Source: Octopus sinensis (Eukaryota). From it: DNA of 64,000 nucleotides. The DNA lies in assembly GCF_006345805.1 (NCBI RefSeq), contig NC_043005.1, forward strand, positions 69,812,001 through 69,876,000. Reading direction: 5' to 3'. Positions 50,736 to 62,013 of the stretch are shown piece after piece. The position numbers and the translations under genes are program-made. The notes beneath the pieces are model-generated. The model ran no database searches. It was given only the letters and a program-made list of their open reading frames with translations, and was not told the DNA's origin. Every line of letters starts with the position of its first letter. Positions within the stretch are counted from its first letter, which is position 1.

Positions 50736-52629
50736 AAGATGGGAAGTATGAAGAGGCTTGATGGTTATAAGGTGAGCTGGAAGAAAAAAAGAAGAGAAGA
50801 TAAAATGAAAACAGGAGAAAAGAGTGATGAGAGACGCGGAAGAGGAAAAGAAGAAGAAGGAATACACGAAGATGAAATATAATGTCCGTAATGTTATGAA
50901 AAACAACTGCAGCTTCATCAACAACTCCTTGAGTAATTAAAGTGAAGATCATTAATATTTTGTACCATTCAATATTATTCAGTAACATTATTCAGTTGAA
51001 ATAAATTCATTATAGGGTTTGAACATTTTATTGATACAAAAGTAAAATGAATATAATTAAAGGAATGGAAAAATCTGATAAAAAATATTAAATTACGAAT
51101 TGAAAAATTTGAGAATTACATTTTGTCTCTAATGATGCAATATTGTCTTGTCGTCTCATTAACATTTCTAACCATTGGTATGATCTTAATTACTCATTAC
51201 TGGTGTTGTTAATGTCAGATGAAGAGCAGAAACTTTTGTGGGTTTATTAGTGGTAGCGTTGGCAACTAAGTGCTGGTGGTGACGGTGTTGGTGATGATAA
51301 TGATAGCAGGTATGTTGGGGATTGTATACGCATTGGTCTTATCATCTTGTGTAGGTTTGAAGTGGTTGCGATCATGCTGAATGTATCATCGTTACATTCA
51401 TAGTCAGGGTAAGGGTGGTTGGGGTATTGCTAGGTTTGGGGCTTTTTGTTGTAGTATTGATGAAAAAAATGTTTTAGCTATTGATGCCATCTCCTTTAAG
51501 GAGAGTGTGGTGCGATCGTATGAGGAGATATGTTGTGAGAAACATAAAAGGGTGGTTATTTGTTTGAAGGAAGTAATCTGGGGAAGAAACGAAACATGTT
51601 GAGAGAAATATTAATACATAAAAAATGTGTTAAGTTGTATACGCTATTAGAATTGATGGGTTGAAGCAAAGAAAATAACTTCTAGGCAGTATCTGGAGAC
51701 CCTAAAGATATCCGACCAATCTGCCTCGTATATTATTACCCTTATATTTCGAGGAAATGGACACAATGTGACATGAGAAATAGTTTCATAAACGAATACA
51801 AAACTCTAATTTTAGGGCTGTGGACGCACAATATATCGTAAGTAGCATTTATGAAACAAAATATGCAGCAAAAAAACATTGGCAGTAAACTGTGAAATTT
51901 TCTCTCTCTATGACACCGAAAATGTCTGGTAAAGCAAGATAATGCAATATATAAATCTGTAGGGGGTTAAAACTTGCTTTAGAAAGATTATAAAATTACA
52001 TCTATTTACCAATATCCGCCAATAATTGAAAATTAATTTTGTGTCACGTTTATGTTATTTCAAATATTCAGTAACTAACATTTGACATATGTAAATCCTG
52101 GAGTCAAGTAGGATTTGCTTCGAGATATTGTTCCATAGACAATAATGTATTACTACTTCCGATACTTAAAGACTCTAAGATACATAGGAAGTCGCAGATT
52201 TTTCATATTGAAGCCATCGTATAAATATTCATATTTTTAACCTACTTTAAATATTCCCACGTGAAATATTGTGCTTATAACACCCCAAATGCGTCACCAT
52301 CATATGTAAAGAACGAAGCAGGTACGGTAGCAATTGCGCTGGTAGCTGCAGTAGTAGATAAAGGAGACGCAGCAGTGGCAGAGTCGTCTGGGGTTGCGGC
52401 AGAGAAATGACGTTCTACTAACTTTTAATTTTTAATGTGTTTAATTAGAAACATACAGAATTAGTTATGAATTATATTTTGAAGGCATTTGAAACAGTCG
52501 TGGTTACTCCCTAAAAATAAACTGATACGTATCTACTCAAAAATAATATATGTTATTGACAATCGGTGAGAAAGGTAACGAAATGCCTTGCAGAAATTAT
52601 GCAAAACCTCTCAGCATAATGTCATACCT

Positions 52630-53450
52630 GGGTCTGTGTTAAGAAATTCATTCCCAACCACATGATTCAAGTTTGATTCCTAGTGCGTGGCATCTTCGGT
52701 AACGACCCCGACCAAACTAATGTCCCCTGATTGGCTGAGTAGATTTGGTAGACGGACACTGAAAAAAGTCCATTGTATATATTTATATATATATATATAT
52801 ATAATATATATATATATGTATGTATGTATGTATGTATGAATGTATACTAATATTTTTGTTAGGCATAGCGAGACTATGTTTTTCTCAGGGCTTAAGCGAA
52901 GGCCTGGTCTATGTCCCACCTCTTCTTGCAAATCTAGAAGAACTGAAGTAGAGAACCACTACCACACTGGGGACTGTTACCAAATCATGCTACAGCAAGT
53001 TTGGGAGGAGCTGGACTACCGACTTAACGTGTGTCGTGTCTCAGGCCGTGCGTATATTGAACATTTGTGAAATCGTTCATGGAATCCACATACCTTTGAA
53101 TTTCTCATTCAACTTTGGTGGAATAAATTTTGTGTTGCTCAACATTCAGCCGGTGTAGTTTCATTTGCTTTGACTATGTAGTTTCTCTGATATTTACATC
53201 TCAAACTATATCAATTTTTTTAAAACTCCCAGTATATAAAATGCTTATGCATCTAGCTACGTGTGTGTATATTTGTCTTTGTGTTTACCCCACAACCACC
53301 ACTTAGAACTATTGGATTAGCAAAAAGGATCGATAGAAAAGCTAATAGTCTTAACGCAAATAGGAACTCTGGTTCATGTGTTCGACAAAACCCTTCAAAG
53401 CGGTACTAAGGCATGGCTGTAGTCCGATAATTGAAGCAAATTGAAAATAA
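52630..53450 (+). mobile_element. SINE (family of 61198) split by a Tc1/mariner insertion
   Basis: Head half at 52630-52780 (CCAACCACATGATTC...GATTTGGTAGACGGACACTGAA) and tail half at 53265-53450 (GATCGATAGAA...AAAGCGGTACT..GCATGGCTGTAGTC). Confidence 0.7.
52870..53232 (+). mobile_element. Tc1/mariner-superfamily relic: transposase C-terminus and right end
   Basis: LVYVPPLLANLEELK*R ... IMLQQVWEELDYRLNVCRVSGRAYIEHL*, the C-terminal VY..P....L.ELK.RI...VW.E..YR...C....G.HIEHL signature. Ends ACTCCCAG|TA. Confidence 0.85.
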
Positions 53451-53989
53451 CAGATAAATAATAATAAAATACATTACAGGAAATTATTTAAATTCACGTG
53501 GGTTAAATATCCGTGTTATCAATTTTCTATAATTGATAATTAACGTTCGATAATATATGGATGCCACTTTTGTCCTAAATTTCGGGTTGCAAGTTTTAGT
53601 GTTGCTACGCAGCTACAATATGTTTGAGTGGCTGCAGAATGTGCAAAAGTCTTACTTTACTTTCGTTTATGCTCTTCCTTCCAACATTTCTATGTAATGA
53701 CGAAAGTTTACTTCTCTGTTTTTCGTTATATTTTCCTTTCTCCTCTACTGTCCACTATAAGAATCCATATTGTAGTCAAATACAATACTCATTTTCATAT
53801 ACAGTAGTACCTCTGTTTTCTAACAACTCTGATCATGAATAAATAGTGCTTAGTCTGGTGGCTTTCTCATATCCATTTATTACTGCTATACCTGGGTTTA
53901 CGAACGCCTCTGATCACGAGAAATTATTTCAATGCCAGTATGCTGAGTACTGACCTTAAATCATCAATTTCCACATTTCGATATATATT

Positions 53990-54300
53990 CACTATAAATA
54001 CATGTCGTGCTGAAATCGAGGAAATAATCCTAATAATGTTTCCCTCTTCAGTAGAAAATACGATAAGAAATAAATGAAATAATTACACGCACCCATGGAA
54101 AATAGCAGAAGCAAGGGTTTAATATGCTGCCACATAATTTGGACGAAGATGTCTTCAAAAAGGAAACAGACATCCTTCTCTCCAGGCCCAGCACGCGGTA
54201 CAAATAGGGCAGCAGTAGAAAATTCCTTCATACACCAAATGAGATAAGAGCTGGAACAAAGGCACATACAAGAGTGGTGATGTGAAATCCCCACAAGCTA
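53990..54300 (+). mobile_element. CR1-type LINE 3' relic
   Basis: QGFNMLPHNLDEDVFKKETDILLSR resembles LFNILPGNL...VEHFKEHLGRFLSE of the 8765-9652 copy. Confidence 0.45.
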
Positions 54301-54413
54301 AGGAAATCAGCTGAGGGATAATCATAAATAGTAGTGGAAACAAGGTCGGTGGCCAATCATGACTGCAGCCGCATGACTCAAACAAATCTAAGAATTAAAG
54401 AACATATATTATA

Positions 54414-54809
54414 CTAGCAGTATCGCCCGGCGTTGCTCGGGTTTGTAATGGAAATAACTATATAAGCATTTTTAGAGATGTAAAGTATAATAGCCATCTC
54501 AATATGGCTAACGACAAAGGGGATGGTGTTACTGTAGCTTTTTACGTTCAGGGATTTAATAATAAACGTTTAGAGAGTTACTTCCCTTATATATGCCAAA
54601 AATGCATTAAAAATGGGAAAAATTGATGGTAATTTTTTTTTTAATCGTAGACTCATCGTAGACGCGCGCTAATACCCAGAAGGGCTCGATATGAATCACG
54701 ACTATAAGACACCCGGTTTTGGTTAAACTGCACCGCAAAATGTGGGAGTAGATAGGAATCTAAATCGTAGGAGACAGACAGCACACAACCTCACTTTTAT
54801 ATATAAAGA
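54414..54809 (-). mobile_element. Complete non-autonomous Helitron, subfamily 1 (396 bp)
   Basis: Same TC, hairpin and CTAG termini as 19679 and 56157, inserted in an AT dinucleotide. Carries a different ~90-bp internal segment at 54478-54570. Confidence 0.9.
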
Positions 54810-54829
54810 TATATATTTATATTCGCCAT

Positions 54830-55015
54830 GATAGATCGCTAACCACTACACATTCTTTTTTTTCTTTATTTTCTCTCCTTGTTTCTTTCTGTGTTTCTTT
54901 CTGTGGAAGAGCGTCGGCTCGAAAAGTTAAAGACTTTTTCACTTCCCGAGCGTTATACTAATGCATATGTTTGTTGTCTACAGCACCTGTCTTCGTCTTT
55001 TGTTATTTTTTGCAG
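54830..55015 (+). mobile_element. Penelope-like terminal fragment, family B
   Basis: Aligns with the reverse complement of 5375-5570 and contains CTGTGGAAGAGCGTCGGCTCGAAA. Confidence 0.5.
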
Positions 55016-55389
55016 ATATATATATGTGTATGTCTACATATATATCTCTTATTATAAAAGGCAGATTGTATCTGCCTCCCTTTGTATCTTATAGAAATCT
55101 ACAATATAGGATTTCTTCAATTACAATTTACCTAGCATTTTTAAGAGTAGAATGCATCGGGTCGTGCCAGGTCCAGTTTTTAAAATTTCAACCCCAATTA
55201 AGCAAAATTTAGAGAAAACTCACATAAGTCAAATGCTTTTCTTAGTGTGGGCTACAGCACTCGCACACACACACACACACACACACCACACACACACACA
55301 CACAAAGGGAGCGATCTGATTCACTCACACTATCACTCTCATTTCTACGACTTTCTCTTTGCAAGTTTGCAACGATTAAAGTGAAAACA

Positions 55390-56048
55390 GTGAATCCCAG
55401 AGCTCCGACAGCGATAAAGAAAATGAATTGGCACCTGAATGGAGTGAAAATTTAAAAACTGTTTCTTTCGGTGATTTTTCTGAAGAAACTGGACCAAGCC
55501 ACAGACTTTCCCAGAAGAGTAAAGCCTTAGACTATTTCTTTTTACGTTTTCCGATGAGCCTTTTTGAAATCATTACGGCGGAAACGAATCGTTACGCTAA
55601 ACGTAAACAAAACGAAAGAAGGATAGTTTGTTGTTTCCCACAACCTTAAATGAAATTAAGACCATTTTGCCATACATATTATTATGGGTATCAGAAAGTT
55701 ACCCAGAATAACAAATTCTATCGTAAAATTTTGTTGTATACCCAATTCAATATTAGCTAATAACCCATTTTCTATAGCGATGTTTGAACAAAATTTTAAT
55801 AATTTTATATTTTGTTGAATTTACCTGTATCCACCTGCAATTTGAGTCACTATGTGACAAAAATTATAGTATAGAATTGGTTGAGAACATTTCATTAAAT
55901 TATCTTCCAAAAATCACTTTAATATATTAATAAATAAAAAAGTTATAGTTGTTTAATGAAACCAGACTAAATTTATAATTACGTTAGAAATTAATTGAAA
56001 CACATAAGGGGTGTATTTTGGTCAGAAATATAGTAACGAAAGGGTTAA
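55390..56048 (+). mobile_element. piggyBac relic: N-terminal transposase fragment and right end
   Basis: SDSDKENELAPEWSENL...TGP...ALDYFFLRFPMSLFEIITAETNRYAKRK, then FPTTLNEIK...IIMGIRKLP. This is the PGBD-type F...F.......I..ETN.YA / T..E+..F.G..I.MG..KLP signature. Terminates in GGG|TTAA at 56042-56048. Confidence 0.85.
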
Positions 56049-56156
56049 GAAAAACCAAAAAATATTTTATTCTTTATAAATGTTGTGTTCAAAATAACAT
56101 TTTCTTTTAAGAATGTGTATATAACAAAGTATGTGTATATAACTACGTGGCTTATA

Positions 56157-56526
56157 TCTTTATATATAAAAGATTAGATTCCTAACTACTGCCACATTTT
56201 GCGGTGCAGTGTAACCAAAACCGGGTATCTTATAGTCGTGATTCATATCGAGCCCTTCTGGGTATTAGCGCGCGTCTACGATGAGTCTACGATTTTAAAA
56301 AAATTTACCATCATATTTTTCCATTTTAATGCATTTTTTCGCTATTATATAAGGGAAGTAACTCTCTAAAAATATCTACGATGTGTCAACGATTTAAAAA
56401 AAAATTTAACTTAATTTTTTTCCCATTTTTAATGCATTATTTGCAATTTTTTGGCTATAACTCTCTAAAAATGCTTATATAGTTATTTCCCTCAGAAACC
56501 CGAGCAACGCCGGGCGATACTGCTAG
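56157..56526 (+). mobile_element. Complete non-autonomous Helitron, subfamily 1 (370 bp)
   Basis: A|TCTTTATATATAAAAG at 56157, hairpin CCCGAGCAACGCCGGG at 56499-56514 and CTAG|T at 56523-56527. Confidence 0.92.
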
Positions 56527-56593
56527 TATATATATATATAAATATATATATGTGTGTGTATGTGTATGTGTATATAGATATATATGTGCACAC

Positions 56594-56630
<37 letters not shown>

Positions 56631-58689
56631 TATATACGTGTACGCATGTGCATGCGCACTTACATATGTACATAATGAATAGCTGTACATACTTTCATTT
56701 GTATTTATGACTTCTGTAACGCTGCAATGCATTTGATGAAATTCACTAAATTCCCTCGCAAAATGATCGAATAACTAAAGCCGTGATTCCGAAAAATTAC
56801 CATTTATCCATGGATCTAAATGCTTATACATGAGAGAAAAAAAATTTAAATCACACTGAAATTGATTACTATATACACGAAGGTATTGCTGAAACGTTAT
56901 ATGATAAATGCATGATCGAATACCAATAGAATGTTCTTGCATAAATCTGTAGGTAACACAGTTGCAGACTAAACGACGACATACCTATCAGAAATATGCA
57001 CCGTTACACTTCGCAATTCTATAAGTCAGTTCATTATAGCACTGTTTGAAATATTTTGTGATGTTATCCACATCAATGTTTTTTCAAGTAACTGATTCCC
57101 TTTTTCACCTTACATTCGTTGCCCTTTGTTCATGTAATGTATTTACATTCGTAGCCCTTGTGGCTATTGAGCAAATGCTTGGTGAAAATAGTGCATTGTG
57201 TTGCTTTTACTTTTCCTCATTTTATAATCACAGTAACAGTATACATTTTAAACGTGAACCGGAATCAGTCAACTGTGTTTATTTCCAAATACCTCATTAT
57301 TGGAACATGTGCAATTGCATGAATAGACTTAACAAAAATATATTATCTGTTCATGTGCCAATATCGAAAGTTGCTGAAGCATGATACCTATGGAAGCAGA
57401 AATGCAGTTAATTCTTTGAGAAAAGTAAATTTTGATGAAAAAACAAAACACTGTACGTTCATTAGGAAGGAAATTTGGAAACATGCGTGTCTGTGTGAGC
57501 GTTATTAATGAAATTTAATAAAAAGTAAAATATTTAACCACAACTATTTTATAGATAATTCATTTTTCTTCACAAATTAAAGAATTATCTGAAGCGTAGA
57601 AACTAGTGTGTTTTTATGCTAATTAACACATTGTCCTAGGGATCGCGTTCCCGAGGGTATTACTACCCGGTCATTAAGGACTCATAAACATAGTATTCTG
57701 TTACATTTCACTTGTCTCTGCTTCATTTTGCAAAGAAGAGGAATACATAAAATAATGTGAACTATAATTAGCTGATTATAACAAGAATGAATTTCTTTTT
57801 AAAAGCATTCTTACAGGCCTGTCATAGGAGTTAGACAACTACAAAGAAAATAATCGCAACAATATTAACATCGAGCGAGAGAGCTTGACACACAATACCA
57901 GGATTTTGGGTCACTGAATAAATATTTGTCAGAGGGATATAATTGATTGCATCGGTTGAAATATTTAGCGAACTCGGTACAAATAAGCTCTCCTTGATCG
58001 TGTAGATGGTGCTATTTTACAGGCAAACATCACATTTCATACCACATAAAACCATTCAACTAAAATAGCACAACCTCATCTTTTCGGCTAATATCGTCCC
58101 GAGCAAGTGCGATTATTATTTGAAGTCATGTTATAATATGAATATGTAGAAACCAGCGTTACCTATTTCATAAATCGTAAGTAATATATAGCAATAGTTG
58201 AGATCAATAAAAGAGGACAATAATTATTTAGTATCTATGAAGAATTAAAGAAAGGATTTCTTGCTTGTGAGACAAATTGGGTCAAAGGATATAGTCCATA
58301 TCGTGTGATCCTACCATTTATAAAACAAAACATCAAGCTTACTTTCAGTTCCTGTCGATTTGGTGATTTATAATGATCAGGCGTGAATTCTCATGGGGTG
58401 GAATCTCTGGTGCCGTAGATATACTCCGCATTAAAATCTATTGATTTGAGATTTTTAATCCAATTGTTCTTCTTTTGAGGTGACCGTATATAACCAATTT
58501 TTCTCATTGCTGATGTATCGTTGTTTTCAGGCGTTCCTTCCTGCTTTTTGAAGAGCCCTACGTTTTTAAATACCTTTCTTGTTTCTGATTTGATTTCTTT
58601 TACGTTTTTATTTTATTCATTTGCTGTCTTCCGTTTCAACGTGGCCTCCAAATACATCTCAGTGTCGCCTGATGTTTGCAAACCAATAT

Positions 58690-59375
58690 TTCCGTATTTC
58701 TGCAGCAACAGGAGATACATAATATTCGTTTTATCTTTTATATCGAAGAGAACAATCATCACCAAAATGGAAATATTTACTTCTGGAAGAAAATGAAATA
58801 TCGTTTTTTTTTTCTTAATACATTTTTTCCAATGTAGATTATTATGAGAACCATTTCATCATTGTTTCAATTTTCTGCGGTGTACTTCCCGGTCCCAACT
58901 CACCTCTAACGTGCAAAATCTTTATTCGTATTCACGTACATTTTTGATATTACATAATTATGTCAGGCAAGGTCCAATTTACTGCCATATATCTTATGCA
59001 TTTTCGAATAATGGTTTTGAAATTGGTTTCTTGTCTGATGGATTAAGCTGAACATGTTTAATACAGAATACATGAAAATATATATATACTCTTTCTCAAA
59101 ACTTCGTTCGTTACGTAAATTCTTCTACTTTCTGTGTAGCATAGGAAAATCCACTAACGTAAGATTTGTTAGACGTAGTCAATAAATCGATCTTCTATTG
59201 CATTAGTTTTAATAGTGGTGGTGTGGATTGAAGTGGAATGTTCAGGAATTTTGCAGCAACAAATTAATGATTTGTTTTTTCTGCTTGTCATGCTCATCGT
59301 TGTGTTTATCTTCTATATCGAAGAGAACACTCATCAAGAGGCAGGTGTTTACTTCTGGAAGAAAGTGAACTGTTT
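58690..59375 (-). repeat. Diverged local direct repeat (58690-58800 and 59235-59375) with conserved splice-acceptor-like TTTCTTCCAG
   Basis: Minus strand TTTCTTCCAG|AAGTAAA...TGTTCTCTTCGATATA.AAGATAAA...TGTTGCTGCA occurs in both copies. Confidence 0.8.
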
Positions 59376-59545
59376 CTTTAATTAATACCGTTCATCTAAT
59401 GTACATTCATATGCGAACAGATTGATCATTTCTTTCAAGAAGACCCTTGGCTGGGTCCTTTTTTCTTTGACTATCCACTCTGGTACACGTTTTGGGTGTG
59501 CACAGCTTTGCAGGGGTCTCGGTAGTATTATTTTATCATTTTCTT

Positions 59546-59623
<78 letters not shown>

Positions 59624-59642
59624 GTATGTATATATAAATACA

Positions 59643-59994
59643 CTAGCAGTATTACCCGGCGTTGCTTTAGAATTGGAAGTTTTGAAAAGTAAAAATTTTG
59701 CATTATGTAGCTTGTTATTCCCTTTAAGTGAACATTTTTCTGGTTGAGATACACGAGAAATGGCGACAGTCAAAAAATCGTAGAAAATAGGAAAAAGCAC
59801 CATCTTGATGTAAATAATGTTTGGTGTTAATATGGTCCGATTTGAATTGTTTCTTCTACGAAGAAAGAGCAAGCCTTCTTCTATCATACCCTCAATTTTG
59901 GGCAACTTGCACCGCAGGGTCTCGAAGGATATAGTGTTAGTTGAAGGCTACCAAACCTGCCATACACAGACAACTTCAGCTTTATATATATAGA
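59643..59994 (-). mobile_element. Complete non-autonomous Helitron, subfamily 2 (352 bp)
   Basis: Termini like subfamily 1 (A|TCTATATATATAAAG ... GCAACGCCGGGTAATACTGCTAG|T) but an unrelated interior shared with 29490. Confidence 0.88.
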
Positions 59995-60403
59995 TAATTG
60001 GTATATGTTCACAAAGTCCAAACGATTAATAAAAAAAAACCCTCAAGGCTACATACCTAAAATTCATTTCTTTGGCGAATTTCTACAATGCTTACAGCGA
60101 TTCGTTTTTATATCTTGATTTGTTATTTTTCATGCAATTTACGCATGCTTGCAAACGTGGTGAATACATTTCACGTCAAACAGCTGACTGAGTAAAGTTC
60201 ACTATTCAGTGCATGGGATAAGGCCTAAACAAACACATTATCGATTTTTGCACTTGCGATATGAATTGCGGAAGAGAAATAGCGCAGTTCGATTTTCATT
60301 CGCCTAAACTTTAAGTGACCCATTTTTGTGGCTCTACAATTTGTTGGCTAGGAGGAGATGTGCCGGGAAGTTAAAGACACAGACACACAATTTGAGTTTT
60401 ATA

Positions 60404-60441
<38 letters not shown>

Positions 60442-60700
60442 TATATATATAATATATATATATATATATACATATATACACGCGCGCACGTAAACACGTA
60501 CGCATGCACAAACACACACATATATACACAAACACACATACACAAACACAGATATTTACGTAAATGTCTAACGATGAAAATGAGTTAATTGCGAATTAAG
60601 GCTAACATCCGTTTCATGTTAAGACAAGTAGGAAAACATGCCAGCGTTTCAACACTTGTTCATGCCGATCGCATGGGGAAGACTGGATTGAGGCAATTAC

Positions 60701-60718
60701 CTTTCGTTAAGTGATCGG
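60701..60718 (-). other. Candidate 18-nt micro-exon (unconfirmed)
   Basis: ATCTTAATTTTCCCAG|CCGATCACTTAACGAAAG|GTAATT: both splice sites are near-consensus and the length is divisible by 3. Confidence 0.25.
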
Positions 60719-60939
60719 CTGGGAAAATTAAGATACTAGTATATGTTGCTACTTATCTTTACGCGAAACCAGCGGTAGATTTAATTCACAAATATATATA
60801 TGTGCTTGTGTCTATGTGTATGTATGTATATCTATATATATGTATGTATGTATATATATACATATATGTAGGTATATATATATATATATATATATACATA
60901 TATATAAACATATATGTATGTATATATATATATATATAT

Positions 60940-60980
<41 letters not shown>

Positions 60981-61094
60981 CGCGATCACCGTGACCGACC
61001 AGGCTATCAGACGTTGCTACACATCGCTGGTCACAATGCGCTTCGCATTGTTTTAGCCTTCAAATGATGCCACCCCGCGGGCTAAGCGAGCAGG

Positions 61095-61163
<69 letters not shown>

Positions 61164-61197
61164 ATATGTAACATAACAAGAAAATGGAGAGGTAATT

Positions 61198-61457
61198 AAT
61201 ACTCTTTTACTTCTTTAAGTCATTTGGTTGTGGCCATGCTGGAGCACCGCCTTTAGTCGAGCAAATCGACACCAGGACTTATTCTTTGTAAGCCTAGTAC
61301 TTATTCTATCGATCGCTTTTGCCGCGAATCGCTACGTTATGGGGACCTGAACACACCAGCATCGGTTGTCAAGCGATGTTGTGGGGACAAACACAGACAC
61401 ACAAACATATACACACACATACATGTCTATCTATCTATCTGTCTATCTATCTATCTA

Positions 61458-61493
<36 letters not shown>

Positions 61494-61658
61494 TACGACG
61501 GGCTTCTTTCAGTTTCCGTCTACCAAATCCACTCACAAGGTTTTGGTCGGCCCAAGGCTATAGTAGAGGTAGGGGACATCTGCCGACGGTACAACGCAGT
61601 GGGACTGAACACGGATCTATGTGGTTGGTAAGCAAGTTACTTACCACACAGCCTCACC
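61198..61658 (-). mobile_element. Full-length tRNA-derived SINE with internal microsatellite
   Basis: Collinear with 26331-26760 across head, core and tail. Confidence 0.92.
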
Positions 61659-61903
61659 AACATCTATAATTTATTATTTATTAATGAAAAAGTTCCTTAC
61701 AGATATTTGAATTACCGACGATTAAGAAAATTTAAAATTAAAAAGTTTAAATTATTCGGAAATCGAATTTCGTCAGAGATAGTTTAAGATATAAAACATA
61801 GGTGTTCAATCCCTGCATGTTGAGTAAACGGCTGCAAACCGTTTGTATAATTACCTTTCAGTTGAGTATTAAATGTACTATTCAATAGTCTGAAATCCTT
61901 ATT

Positions 61904-62013
<110 letters not shown>

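Noticed and set aside
49974-50924. 316-aa ORF and overlapping 189/155/88-aa ORFs
   Set aside because: Produced by stop-free trinucleotide tracts, open in several frames on both strands, and consisting of homopolymer peptides.
57046-57384. 112-aa ORF and an antisense C2H2-like pattern
   Set aside because: F/C/L-rich composition typical of non-coding AT-rich DNA. The resemblance comes from a 20-bp tandem duplication and lacks correct Cys/His spacing or TGEKP linkers.
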